Shown: one piece after another, positions 37,640 to 48,875 of the stretch | Layout of the letters: each line of letters begins with the position of its first letter | How positions within the stretch are numbered: position 1 is the first letter of the stretch | NCBI GenBank assembly: GCA_021513695.1 | Contig: CP084166.1 | Coordinates: 512,001-576,000, forward strand | Length of the DNA stretch: 64,000 nucleotides | Source of the DNA: Candidatus Heimdallarchaeum aukensis | GTDB lineage: Archaea; Asgardarchaeota; Heimdallarchaeia; Heimdallarchaeales; Heimdallarchaeaceae | Direction: 5' to 3' | Program-made: the position numbers and the translations under genes | Notes under the pieces: generated by a model | What the model saw: the letters and a program-made list of their open reading frames with translations, nothing else | What the model was told of the DNA's origin: nothing | Databases searched by the model: none

Positions 37640-40335
37640 TTTTTCTTCCCCTTTCCTTTACGTTCCCACTCACTGAACTGTTTGAGTAAATCATCAATAG
37701 CTGTAGTCATATCTTCAGAAACAAATTCGCCCTCAAATTGTAAGTCAAAGATTACTTCGTCTCTTTCGATTCTATTCGGTACATCCTTTGAATAGATGTA
37801 TAACCATAATTTCATAATCTCTATATCTTCAAAATCTAATAATGGAGAAAGCTTATTTAGACTTATTTTGTCGTAAACTAAACTAATTTTCTTAAGACGG
37901 TCAAGTATTTTATTATTAGTTTTTTTATCATTAATTATTTTTGTTAATTCAGACAATGTTCTATTATCTTCATCCAGTATATCTTTAACTATCGTTACTT
38001 TCTTTGTTGCAAAATCAAAAACTTCTGACCAATTATGTGCAAAAGATGGAAATAGTTTCTTAATTGTAGAAAAAGTATCACCTTTAAAAGAGATTATATA
38101 ATTTAAGAATGATAGCAATTTTTTATAACTAGCTATTATAGGCTTAAACTCTTGATCAGACCACTTTTCAATGAGTTTAGTTAACATTTCTTTTTTGAAA
38201 CTTTGTAAATTTGTAAAATTAATAAGATCAACTAAATAATTTATTTTACTGAGAACGGTATTATTTACGAAATAATCTAATTGATCATATGTTTTGTTTA
38301 ATTGTTCTCTTTCTATTTTTCTTAATTTTCTCTTATTTGAGCTGATAAAAAGGTAATCTTTAAGAAATAGTTTCAATTTTTCAAGATATTTTATAATCTC
38401 CTCAATTGAACTAATAAATAATAGTAAGGAAGAAGTGTTTATGAAAATCTTATCAAATTCTTCATTTAATTTAGTTTGCATATTTATTATCCCTGAGAAA
38501 TTTTCTCTTATCCTTAACCTTATTTTGTGTTCATAAACAAAAAAAAGAGGTAGGATAACAGATATAAGAAGTATAAGAGAAAAACATATTTTTTCAATTG
38601 GTTTAAGATAAATACTCTTTTTTAAAGGATTTTTACCATTTTCTATTTCCCAACCATCGAACAAACCGTCATCATCAGTATCAGAATCTAAAGGGTCAGT
38701 TCCAGCTAGATACTCTTCCAAATTAGTTAAACCATCTCCGTCCAGATCTTCTGATGAATCATATAACAAAGGGTTTAATGAATTACATAGTTCCCATCCA
38801 TCAGGTATGCCATCATCATCAGTATCGGGATCATTAGGGTCAGTTCCAGCTTGATATTCTTCTAAATTAGTTAAACTGTCTTTATCTTTGTCAACATAAG
38901 TGTCATTACTCAAAGGATTCAATAAAAATTCTACTTCCCAACTATCAGGTATGCCATCATCATCAGTATCAGAATCTAAAGGGTCAGTAGAATGCAAGGT
39001 CACTTCTTGAAAATCAGATAAGCCATCATCGTCAGTGTCTGAATCTAAAGGGTCAGTACTGTAAATAGTCACTTCTTGAAAATCAGAAAAGCCATCATCG
39101 TCAGTGTCTGAATCTAAAGGGTCAGTACTGTAAATAGTCACTTCATCTCCATCGTTCAAGCTATCATCGTCAGTGTCTGAATCTAAAGGGTCAGTACTGT
39201 AAATAGTCACTTCATCTCCATCGTTCAAGCTATCATCGTCAGTGTCAGAATCCAAAGGGTCAGTAGAATTCTGATACTCTTCTAAATTAGTTAATCCATC
39301 GCTATCTGGGTCTTCTGCAGAATCATCGATAGTAGTGTTTAAACCATTATTTTCTTCCCATTTGTCAAGCATATTATCTTGGTCTAAGTCTACATGCATG
39401 GGATAAGGATCAAAATTGTTAGCTGAACCATCTATAGGATATGGTCCTGTTCCACTCCAGTCATACCAATAGTTACCTGTTGTACCAGAATAAAATTTAT
39501 TGTATGTCCCATAATCACATGCTTGAGAAGAACCACCTAGATTATTTTTTATTAAGAAGTTTTTTACAAATATTTCATTTTTAGAGCTCTCATTTAGATA
39601 TATACCATAAGAATAACTATTTATTATAATATTGGAAGTAAAAGTATTTTTGTTAGAAACATCAAAGAGAATACCATAATTACTACTATTTACAACAGTA
39701 TTTGAAATAAAAGAATTGTTAGAACTACAAGAAAAAAATATGCCATCATAATAACTATTTGTTATAGTATTGGAAGTAAAAGTATTATTAAAACTAGAAT
39801 GAAGAGACATACCATAATTACTACATATCACAGAGTTGAAGGTAAAAGTATTATTGTTACTACAATAGAGGAAAATACCTACATTATAGCTATTTATAGT
39901 ATTATTAAATACAGTTATTGTTCCATCTGCAACAGAATAAATATAAATACCATAAAATGAACTTGAACCGCCCCCTTCAAGATAACAATCTCGAATAAGA
40001 ATATACTTTGTTGTCCCAGATATCTTTATACCATGAGATGTAGAGTCAGTTATACTATAGTTTTCAATGACATAAGGGTTATCTTTTGTCCCAGAACCAG
40101 GAAAAACAGTAAGATCATCATCAGACTCAATAAGAATAGGCGAATGAACTGTATAAACTTTTTTTACAGCTCTAGTTTCATTTGAATTTACACTAGACAT
40201 TGAATCTATTGTTATTTGATTAGATTGTAGAACCATATTTTCCTCTATTTGAGTCGAAAGGTAAACAAAGAAAACTGTAGTTGTTATTAATATTAGTACT
40301 AAACTTAATTGTATATAAGTTGCTATTCTTTTCAT
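37636..40335 (-). CDS. Receptor-like type-I membrane protein: right-handed beta-helix, thrombospondin-type-3-like Ca-binding repeats, TM, conserved cytoplasmic C-terminal module
   Basis: A signal anchor is followed by PbH1-like repeats (NNTFTSNTI..., NNSFISNTV...), ~10 DxDxDG/TSP3-like units ([15 protein letters not shown]) and a TM helix ([19 protein letters not shown]). The cytoplasmic helical region ends ...[21 protein letters not shown]. Confidence 0.65.
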   Translation of the reverse strand: MKRIATYIQLSLVLILITTTVFFVYLSTQIEENMVLQSNQITIDSMSSVNSNETRAVKKVYTVHSPILIESDDDLTVFPGSGTKDNPYVIENYSITDSTSHGIKISGTTKYILIRDCYLEGGGSSSFYGIYIYSVADGTITVFNNTINSYNVGIFLYCSNNNTFTFNSVICSNYGMSLHSSFNNTFTSNTITNSYYDGIFFSCSSNNSFISNTVVNSSNYGILFDVSNKNTFTSNIIINSYSYGIYLNESSKNEIFVKNFLIKNNLGGSSQACDYGTYNKFYSGTTGNYWYDWSGTGPYPIDGSANNFDPYPMHVDLDQDNMLDKWEENNGLNTTIDDSAEDPDSDGLTNLEEYQNSTDPLDSDTDDDSLNDGDEVTIYSTDPLDSDTDDDSLNDGDEVTIYSTDPLDSDTDDDGFSDFQEVTIYSTDPLDSDTDDDGLSDFQEVTLHSTDPLDSDTDDDGIPDSWEVEFLLNPLSNDTYVDKDKDSLTNLEEYQAGTDPNDPDTDDDGIPDGWELCNSLNPLLYDSSEDLDGDGLTNLEEYLAGTDPLDSDTDDDGLFDGWEIENGKNPLKKSIYLKPIEKICFSLILLISVILPLFFVYEHKIRLRIRENFSGIINMQTKLNEEFDKIFINTSSLLLFISSIEEIIKYLEKLKLFLKDYLFISSNKRKLRKIEREQLNKTYDQLDYFVNNTVLSKINYLVDLINFTNLQSFKKEMLTKLIEKWSDQEFKPIIASYKKLLSFLNYIISFKGDTFSTIKKLFPSFAHNWSEVFDFATKKVTIVKDILDEDNRTLSELTKIINDKKTNNKILDRLKKISLVYDKISLNKLSPLLDFEDIEIMKLWLYIYSKDVPNRIERDEVIFDLQFEGEFVSEDMTTAIDDLLKQFSEWERKGKGKKK
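38974..39249 (-). repeat. In-frame 69-bp tandem repeat, 4 units (2 identical, plus diverged flanking units), encoding 23-aa TSP3-like repeats
   Basis: Units lie at 38974, 39043, 39112 and 39181. Units 3 and 4 differ by 1 nt. Each encodes [12 protein letters not shown][SG]L[NS]D[GF][DQ]EVTIY. Confidence 0.85.
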
Positions 40336-40617
40336 TTTTCAACCCTAGATACTCTAACTCTAAAGTAAATGCTTATTGAACATTTTCAAGATTTTAAATT
40401 TGAGTCACTTAATATTAAACAAAATACTAATTAACTTTTTCTACTAAACTTTGATTAATGTATAATCTGCACACATTAGGATGAAAGAAACTAAACTGTT
40501 TTTAGAGAAAAAATTCAAAATAAATGAACCACATTCAGTTATAACTAAAAAAATTCAGTGATTTTAATTAATATGTATGCTTCACAAAAACAACATGAGA
40601 TTTTCAACATTCTTTTT

Positions 40618-43600
40618 TCATTCTTTTTTACCTTTTCCTGTTTTTTCCCATTCACTAAATTTATCTATTAGTTCGTCAATAGCATGTGTTATCTCTTCAG
40701 TGATTTTTTCAACAATAATTAATTTGTCATCTTCAATTCGAATAGACAAAAAAGAGCCAAGCTCAACCAACCATAATTCAAGTTCATTAAGATCTTCAAA
40801 ACCTAATTTTTCTTGTAAAGTGAATAAAGGTATTTCAGAAGTAGTGGATAAAACCTTGAAGAATTCTTTAGCTCTTTCTATTTCAACATCTCGAGAATCA
40901 AAATAGTTTATTTTTTCTTCTATTTTTTCTTTTAATTCATTGTATTGTTCTATTCCATTGCTGGATAGCTCTCCTACTGTCTCTGTGTTCATAACCCTAC
41001 TATAATTTTCTTTCCAGTTAGCTAATTTTTCGTCAAACTCTTTAAAATATAACTCACTTTCTGTTATTTTTCCTTTTAGAGAATACACAAACAGATTATC
41101 TATTTCTTTTCTTAGCTCTTCTCCTTTTTTATCTAACAATATTAAAGGATAAAGATAAATAAGATCTCGAACTTCTTGTCTCTTATTTTCTATTTCTTGT
41201 AATTCCTCTAACAAGTCTTTTCTTTCTTCATTGGTTATTTGTTTAGAAAGAATTTCAAGTTTAGATTGAAAAAAATCACGAAAACCATCTGTTATCTCTA
41301 ATAACTTTTTTACTTTCTCGTAGTTAATATTAATGTTTAAGTCTTGTTGATTAATTATTTCTTTCTCTATTTCTAAAAATTCATCAAAGGTTTGTTTTTT
41401 GTGTATCTTAATTTGATTAATGTACGCATTTAATTCTTCTTTTGAAATTTGCTCATCAATATTTTTGATTTCATAGATCTTGGAAGAAAGCAAAGCATTT
41501 CGTATATCTATTTTTTCTATCTCTTTGGCATAGATTAAGTACTCATTACTTAATTCTTTGAATTCAAAAAAGACTTTAGCTATCCTTTTATTATAGTTAT
41601 CAAGATCAATTTTTTTATAATCGTTCTTTTGCACATAGCTATTGATCTGTTGCAAATCAGAGAGCAGTTGTTGCTTCTTTTCTAATATTTTATTCAACAA
41701 TAAGATATATTCATCTGTAATTTTTCTTTCTAATTCAGTCTTAATTTGTGATAACTTTTCTATAAAATCATTAATCTCCCTTTTCACTTTTTCAAATTCA
41801 ATAATATTTTTCTTTCCAATTATAACCTTAAATAAATTAAACTTTGAGCGATAAGAACCAATAATATTATCTAATTGTTTAGCACTATTAACCCATTCTT
41901 TAAAATTATCAGGTGAATATGATTGAAGAAGATATTCATCTATTTTTTCCTTAAATTTATTAAATTCCAAAAATTGTTTATTATATTCGTTCTTCAGTTG
42001 GATGATTTTTTCTCTCTGTTTTTTCTTAATTAATAAAATAGTTGTTGTTACGCTTCCTATTACCAAAAAACTCAATAGACAGGAAAGCACAATTTTAATT
42101 TTTTTTGCTCGAGGATTGCTTAATTTATTTAATGGATCACTTCCATAAATGATTATTTCATCATAATCATTAAATTTGTCATCATCTGTGTCATTTTTTG
42201 TTGGATCTGTGTGGTAAGCATATATTTCTTCATAATCAGATAAACCATCTCCATCAGTGTCAGAATCTATGGGATCAGTTAAGAAAACTATAACTTCTTG
42301 ATAATCAGTTAAACCGTCGCTATCTGAGTCTTTCTTATAAGGAAAAGAATGAAATATTTTAACTTCTTCATAATCACTTAATTTATCATCATCAAAATCC
42401 CCATCTCTTATACATCCTCCAAAAATAACTTCATCATAATCATTAAGACCATCACCATCAGTGTCATTGAAATTAGGATTAGCCATCCACTGATATTCTT
42501 CTAAATTTGATAAGCCATCTCCATCAGAATCGGCCTTGGAGTCATCTAAATTATAGACAATTTCCCAAGCATCTTCCATTCCATCAGAATCAGAATCATT
42601 CTCGACAGATGCAACTCGCCTAGGAAAGATATCTCCAATTTTATTTCCATAAATAGAATAAAAATTGGTAGTACCATCCCAATCTTCCCATAAATTGCCA
42701 ACTAGTAAAGTAGGAGAATACCAGTAAGTGTTAGTGCCATAATCTTCATTATTATCTTGAATCTTCAAAAAAGAATTATTGAAGACTATGTTATAATCTC
42801 CTCTTTCACCAATCCTTACTCCCCCTAAACCTGTTCCACAAAAAAGGTTATTATAAATCAAACTGTTACTTACTTCGAAACCATAACTAATAGCAAAATT
42901 AGTTGAATTATAGATATTGTTATTACTAATAACAACGTTATTACATCTTTCTAAATATAATCCATCTGATGTTGCTCCATTTATCAAATTATCAGAGATT
43001 ACAATTTCACTATTACCACTTGACCATAGGCATGAAGCCCAATCATTAGTTGTTTTTTCTAAATTATTGTAAAAGATTTTTATTTTTTTATTATCTCTAA
43101 CTCCAATGCTTCCTGCTCCATTAGTTATACATGTGTTTTTTATAATTGTAACATTTGAAGATTCAGAAACTAAAATACCAAAACCAGAGTTATTGGCAGA
43201 ATAATTATTTTTTATCAAGCTATCTCCAGATTGATGTACCAACACGCCATATTGATTATAAAGAAGAGTACAATTCTCAACTATTACACCACCTGCTCTA
43301 GTTTCAGAAGAAATCCCAACTTCATAACCTTGAATAAAACAATTCCTAATTATTACGAAAGAACTAACATAACGAATAACAATACCACAAGAATTTTCTA
43401 AATACTCAGTATCACCAGTTGAAACTTCATAGTTCTCAATTATATAAGGGTCTGCTTCAGTTCCTGAACCAGGAAACCCAAACTTTACAAAGTCTTCTTC
43501 ACTATTGATTTCTATCGGTGAATGAACAATATAACGTGTTTCTTTAGCATTGTTTCTTTCGGCAATTGCTTTTTGACAAGAACTACCATGGTTTATTTGT

Positions 43601-43875
43601 CTGTAGCTTGAAGTTAAATTATGCTTATCAATTGAGCGATAATTATCATATTCTTTTCCATTCTCTGTTTTATTGTTATTAAATTTAGAAGCCTTTTCAT
43701 CTACATAATTATCTATTAGGTGAAAAGTTGGAGTAAGAAAAAGAAAAATAACTAAAGAAACAATAATTCTTTTATAGTTTGGAAATATATTGTTTAATAT
43801 TTTCATTTCTAGAACAAGTATATACATTACAATAAAAAAATAAAAGTTTTTCTTCACTATTTCTTTTCTTTTCAT
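40618..43875 (-). CDS. Receptor-like type-I membrane protein paralog (beta-helix + TSP3-like repeats + TM + long coiled-coil cytoplasmic region + conserved C-terminal module)
   Basis: Same domain order as 37636..40335. The TM helix is IVLSCLLSFLVIGSVTTTILLI. The C-terminus is ...AIDELIDKFSEWEKTGKGKKE. The true start may be the internal Met of MKILNNIF (signal-like). Confidence 0.65.
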   Translation of the reverse strand: MKRKEIVKKNFYFFIVMYILVLEMKILNNIFPNYKRIIVSLVIFLFLTPTFHLIDNYVDEKASKFNNNKTENGKEYDNYRSIDKHNLTSSYRQINHGSSCQKAIAERNNAKETRYIVHSPIEINSEEDFVKFGFPGSGTEADPYIIENYEVSTGDTEYLENSCGIVIRYVSSFVIIRNCFIQGYEVGISSETRAGGVIVENCTLLYNQYGVLVHQSGDSLIKNNYSANNSGFGILVSESSNVTIIKNTCITNGAGSIGVRDNKKIKIFYNNLEKTTNDWASCLWSSGNSEIVISDNLINGATSDGLYLERCNNVVISNNNIYNSTNFAISYGFEVSNSLIYNNLFCGTGLGGVRIGERGDYNIVFNNSFLKIQDNNEDYGTNTYWYSPTLLVGNLWEDWDGTTNFYSIYGNKIGDIFPRRVASVENDSDSDGMEDAWEIVYNLDDSKADSDGDGLSNLEEYQWMANPNFNDTDGDGLNDYDEVIFGGCIRDGDFDDDKLSDYEEVKIFHSFPYKKDSDSDGLTDYQEVIVFLTDPIDSDTDGDGLSDYEEIYAYHTDPTKNDTDDDKFNDYDEIIIYGSDPLNKLSNPRAKKIKIVLSCLLSFLVIGSVTTTILLIKKKQREKIIQLKNEYNKQFLEFNKFKEKIDEYLLQSYSPDNFKEWVNSAKQLDNIIGSYRSKFNLFKVIIGKKNIIEFEKVKREINDFIEKLSQIKTELERKITDEYILLLNKILEKKQQLLSDLQQINSYVQKNDYKKIDLDNYNKRIAKVFFEFKELSNEYLIYAKEIEKIDIRNALLSSKIYEIKNIDEQISKEELNAYINQIKIHKKQTFDEFLEIEKEIINQQDLNININYEKVKKLLEITDGFRDFFQSKLEILSKQITNEERKDLLEELQEIENKRQEVRDLIYLYPLILLDKKGEELRKEIDNLFVYSLKGKITESELYFKEFDEKLANWKENYSRVMNTETVGELSSNGIEQYNELKEKIEEKINYFDSRDVEIERAKEFFKVLSTTSEIPLFTLQEKLGFEDLNELELWLVELGSFLSIRIEDDKLIIVEKITEEITHAIDELIDKFSEWEKTGKGKKE

Positions 43876-44044
43876 TATTTCATTTTAAAGTAGTTTATTT
43901 ATCAAGTTCAACTTGCATAAAAGAATACAAATAAAACTAATACGAAAAATCGATGAAAAACATAAGATTCACAGAATGGATAAAATAAGACAGAAAAAAA
44001 ATATAATATTTCATATTTTTTTCTAAAAACTAAAATTAGTGAAA

Positions 44045-46010
44045 TTACTTCTTTTTCCCCTTTCCTGTACGCTCCCACTCACTAAACTGTTTAAGCAGAT
44101 CATCTATAGCTTCAGTCATATCTTCTGCCACGAACTCACCCTCAAGTTGTATATCGAACATTACTTCTTCTCCTTCTATCTGATTTGGTAAATCTTTAGA
44201 ATAAGCATATAACCATAGTTTCAAGACCTCTTTGTCTTCAAAGTCTAACAAAGGAGAAAGCTTGGTTAAACTTATTTTATTATAAACAGAACTAACTTTC
44301 TTAAGTCTTTCAAGTCTCATATTATTATTCTCACTATCATTAAATATTTTAGCTAACTCACCTAATAATTGTTCATTTTGTTCTAATAGTTCTTGGACAA
44401 TAACCAATTTTTCAGTAGCTAAATCTTTAATATCAGACCAGAAAGAGTCAGAAGAAGCAAATTTAGTAAAAGCTTTATGATCAATAAAAGCTACAATGTA
44501 ATTTAGGGTTGATAATATCTCTTCATAGCTGATAATTAGAGGTTTGAACTCCTTATCAGACCAATTATAGACAATGTTAGTTAACATTTCTTTAGTGTAA
44601 TCAAACAAATTTTTATAATCAATAAATTCAATTAATGAAACTACTTTATCATGAAGAGAGGAGCTGATAAAAGAGGTTATTTTTTCAAAAATCTTGTTAA
44701 ATTGTTCTTGTTTATTAGTTTTTAATCTTTTGCTGTTAGAATGAACAAAAATTAACTTTTCAAGAAGATTACCTAACTTTTCAAAATAGTCTTTTATCTC
44801 CTCTGCAGAAGAAACGAAAGAAATTAATGAAGAAATTTCTGTAAAAGTTTCCTTATACTTTCCATCTAATTCAGATTGTAAATGAATTACTTTTTCAAAT
44901 TTTTCCTTTACTTTTATTCGCATTATTAATACATGAATGGAGAATGTTACAAGAATAACAAATATAGGAAGTATAGCAAAATAACCTATTTTTTCTACTT
45001 GAGACAAATAAATATTCTTTTTTACAGGATTTTTTCCATTTTCTACTTCCCAACCGTCAAGCATACCATCTCCATCAGTGTCATTGTCCAAGGGGTCAGT
45101 AGAATAGATATGAACTTCTTGACCATCAGTCAGTCCATCTCCGTCACTGTCACTGTCCAAGGGGTCGGTATTGTAAGTATTTATCTCTTCATAGTCATCA
45201 AGTCCATCGTCGTCTGTGTCATTATCTATGGGGTTAGTACCTATTTGATACTCTTCTAAATTGGTCAAACCATCATTATCAAAATCCTCTGTAGAGTCAT
45301 CAATATTTGTGTCCAAGCCATTATCTTCTTCCCATTTGACGGGTATATTATCCTGGTCTAGATCCACATACATAGGATAAGGATCAAAGTTATTAGCGGA
45401 ACCATCTATTGGATATACTCCTGTTCCATTCCAGTCATACCAATAGTTCCCTGTTGACCCAGAATAAAACTTATTGTTTGTTCCCTCATCATACGCTTGT
45501 GAAGAACCACCTAAATTATTTTTAATTATGATGTTTTCCATAAAACTATTATTAGAGTATAACGGAGTCTTATACCATAAGAATTACTATTAGCTATAGT
45601 TTTAGAGCTAAAAATATTGTAAGAACTATTAAGAATATATACACCAATATAGCTACTGTTTGCTATGGTGTTAGAGGTAAAAATGTTATAAAAACTATAG
45701 CCTAGTTATATATTGTAGATACCACCATTTGTTATAATATTATTTATAAAAATATTATTAGAACTAGAACCGAGACTAATACAACACCAATCATTATTTA
45801 TAATTGTATTAAAAATAAAGTTGTTATTAGAACTATAACCTATTCGTATACCGTAATAACTAACAGTAATATTATTGAAAAAGAATGTGTTATTAGAGCT
45901 ATATTGAAGATTTATACCACTGGTAATTATATTTGTTATTTTATTAGAAATAAATGTATTATTAAAACTAGTTTCAATCCAAATACCATAATTCTTATTA
46001 TTTCTTTAGT
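44045..46010 (-). pseudogene. Third receptor-like paralog, 5' beta-helix region decayed
   Basis: The ORF 44045..45541 encodes only the TSP3 + TM + cytoplasmic part (..[21 protein letters not shown]). The stretch 45541..~46010 is recognisably homologous at the DNA level to the beta-helix region of 37636..40335 but is riddled with stops. Confidence 0.5.
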
Positions 46011-46272
46011 ACCAACAATAAGTTGACCGATTTCTATAGGTTAAAATTATAGAAGTCCATACTATCATTGTCGTGTTTCCAACACAAAGTTTTTACGATA
46101 ATTCGGAAGTACTATATTTCTTATAAAAAAATATAAAGTTGCAAAAAAACAAATTTACAAATTTTCCAACTACAACCATTATTCAATGTTAATGTTTTGA
46201 ATTCAATAATTATTCTCCTCTGTTGCCTTTTTTGGTTTATTGCAATCTTCTTTGTTGTTCTTTATTTCCTCT

Positions 46273-47061
46273 TCAAAGGTTGTTTAATAATTTGTTTAGA
46301 GTTAATCTAATTTCTGAACGAGTTTTATTATCAGGAATAAGAAAAGAGACTTTTACTCCATTACTTTTATTATAAAACATATCTGCTACTTCACGTAAAT
46401 TATTCTTAATTTCAATTAATTCCTCAGGAATTGGACTACTTTTAGGCAATTGTTCTACTTTTGCTTGATAAATGTCAAATAATACCGAATACAATATTTC
46501 GGTAGTAAAATAATATTTTTCATAATGAGAGTTTTTCCAATCCTCTTCTTTTAGATTTTTTTCTTTTATATGTTTGATTCCTTTATATTTTTTCCCACTC
46601 GCTAGCTCTTCAAGATAATAATGAGATTTTGCATGTTTTAAATACTTACCCTTGATAGGTGATTCTTTTTTAAATTCAGTAACATCAAGATGAAACGAGT
46701 ACGTAACTTTTTTCTCTGTATCATACTTTATAGGCCTTTCTAATAAAGAATAAAATATTACAAAAATTAATTTCGCTAATAATTTTGTATCACAGTCATT
46801 CTCATTTATTTCCTGTTCTATTCGCTCAAAAACTCCAAATCTTTCTAGTAGATAGATTTTATCTTCATTATTGAACAAAAATGTAACTAATTCTAAAATT
46901 ATATACTCTTTGTCATCACTATCAGAAGAAAAAGTGAAAAGATCTTTAAACTCATCAAAAACCTTTAGACGAAAGAGATAATCAAGATCACTGTTCTTAG
47001 CTGCGTATTTAACTGTTTCAAAGTAAAACATATTTATTATCACAAAACCAACAATGTTCAC
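46273..47061 (-). pseudogene. 3' (C-terminal) half of a ~514-aa gene split by IS481-like insertion
   Basis: Translation continues in frame from the upstream fragment across the 16-bp duplicated target (..FVGFVI|INMFYFETVKY..). Confidence 0.6.
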
Positions 47062-48065
47062 TCAATAGACCTGGGTTACACTTTTGGGTACTAGAGAAAC
47101 ATAGGGGTGATTCATAAATTTTTCTCCAGGAGTAAGGAGGTTAAGAGACTGGTGAGGACGGCTAAAATTGTAGTATGAGCGGTAGAAGGAGAGGTCGGAG
47201 TTACAGTAGGTTAGTCCTAGTCTTTTCATCTCACGGATAATGGTTCCATGTAGTCTTTCTACTTTTCCACATGTTTCGGGGTGAAAAACTCTAGATCTTA
47301 TGTGCTTTATTCCCTCTGTTTGACACCAACGGGAGAAGGTACTTGTTCCCCCTCTAACGGAGTAGAATAGTGCTCCATTGTCTGTGAGAATAGACTCGGG
47401 GTATCCATATTTTTCTACTGCTTCTTCTAACAGACTTATTATCTGCTCTTTTTTCGGTGCGAAAGGGTGGAGTTTAGCTCCCAGGCAGAATCGTGAGTGG
47501 TCGTCTATTAGAGTTATGAGATAAAGGTGTTGTCCTTGTTCTTCTACCCAGAAAGGTCCTTTCACATCTATCTGCCAGAGTTCGTTAGGGGATGAGCGCT
47601 CAAAACTCTTGTATTGAGTAATGTTTCTCTTTTTTCTATTACTCCACAGAGGAAGACCTAACTCCCCTATTACTTTAACTACTGTGTTTCGCGATAGTGC
47701 TCTTCCTTCTTTCTTCAACAGATAAACTATCTTCTCCACGTTCATTCCTTGCTTTACTCTTAACTCCCTTATCCTCTCTCTTAACTCCTCATTCACTTTC
47801 CTGTGTATAGTTTTAGGTCTAGATGATCTATCCTTCCACCATTCTCCTTCAGGGTTCTCCTTAAACCTTTTCAACCACTTATATACAAACTTCCTACTCA
47901 CCATATACCTGTGAGCTACCTCTTTTATCTTCTCTCCTTCCAAAGCTTTTTTAACCACAATCTTTCTTAGTCTCTCTAGGTTACGTTTGGGTTTGTTCAT
48001 AATTCGTCACTTACCCTCGTAACCCACTTTCTATTTATTTGTTACCAACGTGGGTAGAGTAAACA
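47055..48065 (-). mobile_element. IS481-family-like insertion sequence flanked by 16-bp direct repeat ATCACAAAACCAACAA
   Basis: The direct repeat lies at 47039..47054 and 48066..48081. The ends begin TGTTCACTC / TGTTTACTC (inverted). A single rve-type transposase lies inside. Confidence 0.65.
47062..48000 (-). CDS. IS481-family DDE (rve integrase-core) transposase
   Basis: N-terminal HTH; WQIDVKGPF, LITLIDDHSRF, ILTDNGALF, HPETCGKVERLH and YNFSRPHQSL are seen. The protein is 312 aa. Confidence 0.75.
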   Translation of the reverse strand: MNKPKRNLERLRKIVVKKALEGEKIKEVAHRYMVSRKFVYKWLKRFKENPEGEWWKDRSSRPKTIHRKVNEELRERIRELRVKQGMNVEKIVYLLKKEGRALSRNTVVKVIGELGLPLWSNRKKRNITQYKSFERSSPNELWQIDVKGPFWVEEQGQHLYLITLIDDHSRFCLGAKLHPFAPKKEQIISLLEEAVEKYGYPESILTDNGALFYSVRGGTSTFSRWCQTEGIKHIRSRVFHPETCGKVERLHGTIIREMKRLGLTYCNSDLSFYRSYYNFSRPHQSLNLLTPGEKFMNHPYVSLVPKSVTQVY

Positions 48066-48826
48066 ATCACAAAACCAACAAAGAAAGAAATAATAAATAT
48101 TAAAAAAATTGTTTCACCATCTGCAAAATTGGTGATAAAAGCATAACTGATACAAAATATCAAACTAAGAATATTTATTCCAATTTTGTAGTCATCTCCT
48201 AAAATCTGTAAATCTAAAGGTTTGTTTGCTACTTCCAAGTCTGAAACCTTGAAAAAACTTTGTAACAAAATAATGAAATATAACACATATACACCATTAT
48301 AAAACCAAGCAAACTTTGTTATTTTACTGGAACTTGCTCCTATTACAGCAGTAATATATTTTGGATCAAGAAATGATAAGAAAAAAGGAATTGCTATAAA
48401 AAATAACGAAAGGGGAAAATAATAGATTAAGATTAAAGCTCTATTATAAAGCGATATTTTTGATTTAACAATGCTATACGAAAGAAGATAGTTTTTTATT
48501 TTCTTTAGATATTCTCCGTCAATATTATTTTCTCTTTGCTCTCTTGTTTCAATATCCTTCTTAATCTCATTAATAGTTTTTTTAGTTGATACCAAGTATT
48601 TTACAATTCTTATTAAGAAAACAATTAAAAGTAAGGTCACAACCAAATTGATAATAAAAAATGTAGTAATTAAAAATGTAGAAAAACTCTTTTGAGACGC
48701 GAAAATGGAATACTTTATGCTGAAGAAAGAATTGACTAAAAAAGCAGTAAAAAGAATAACTACGATATTAGTGACTATATATGGTTTTATCTTTAAATAG
48801 TACCTTTCTAACAAGGTACTATACAT
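48035..48826 (-). pseudogene. 5' (N-terminal, polytopic membrane) half of the gene split by the IS481-like element
   Basis: The last 9 codons (VYSTHVGNK*) are encoded by the IS end. The codons before them match the target duplication. Confidence 0.6.
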
Positions 48827-48875
48827 AAATAATTTTCTCGCTTAATTATTTTTAAACTTTTAGTGATTAAAAATC

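Noticed and set aside
38974-39249. The tandem 69-bp repeats as a CRISPR-like array
   Set aside because: The units are contiguous with no spacers, are in frame and encode recognisable Ca-binding peptide repeats within a long ORF.
40577-40906. Plus-strand ORF 40577..40906
   Set aside because: It is antisense to the 3' end of the 40618..43875 paralog. That region is conserved as a protein-coding tail (duplicated at 37322..37639) on the minus strand.
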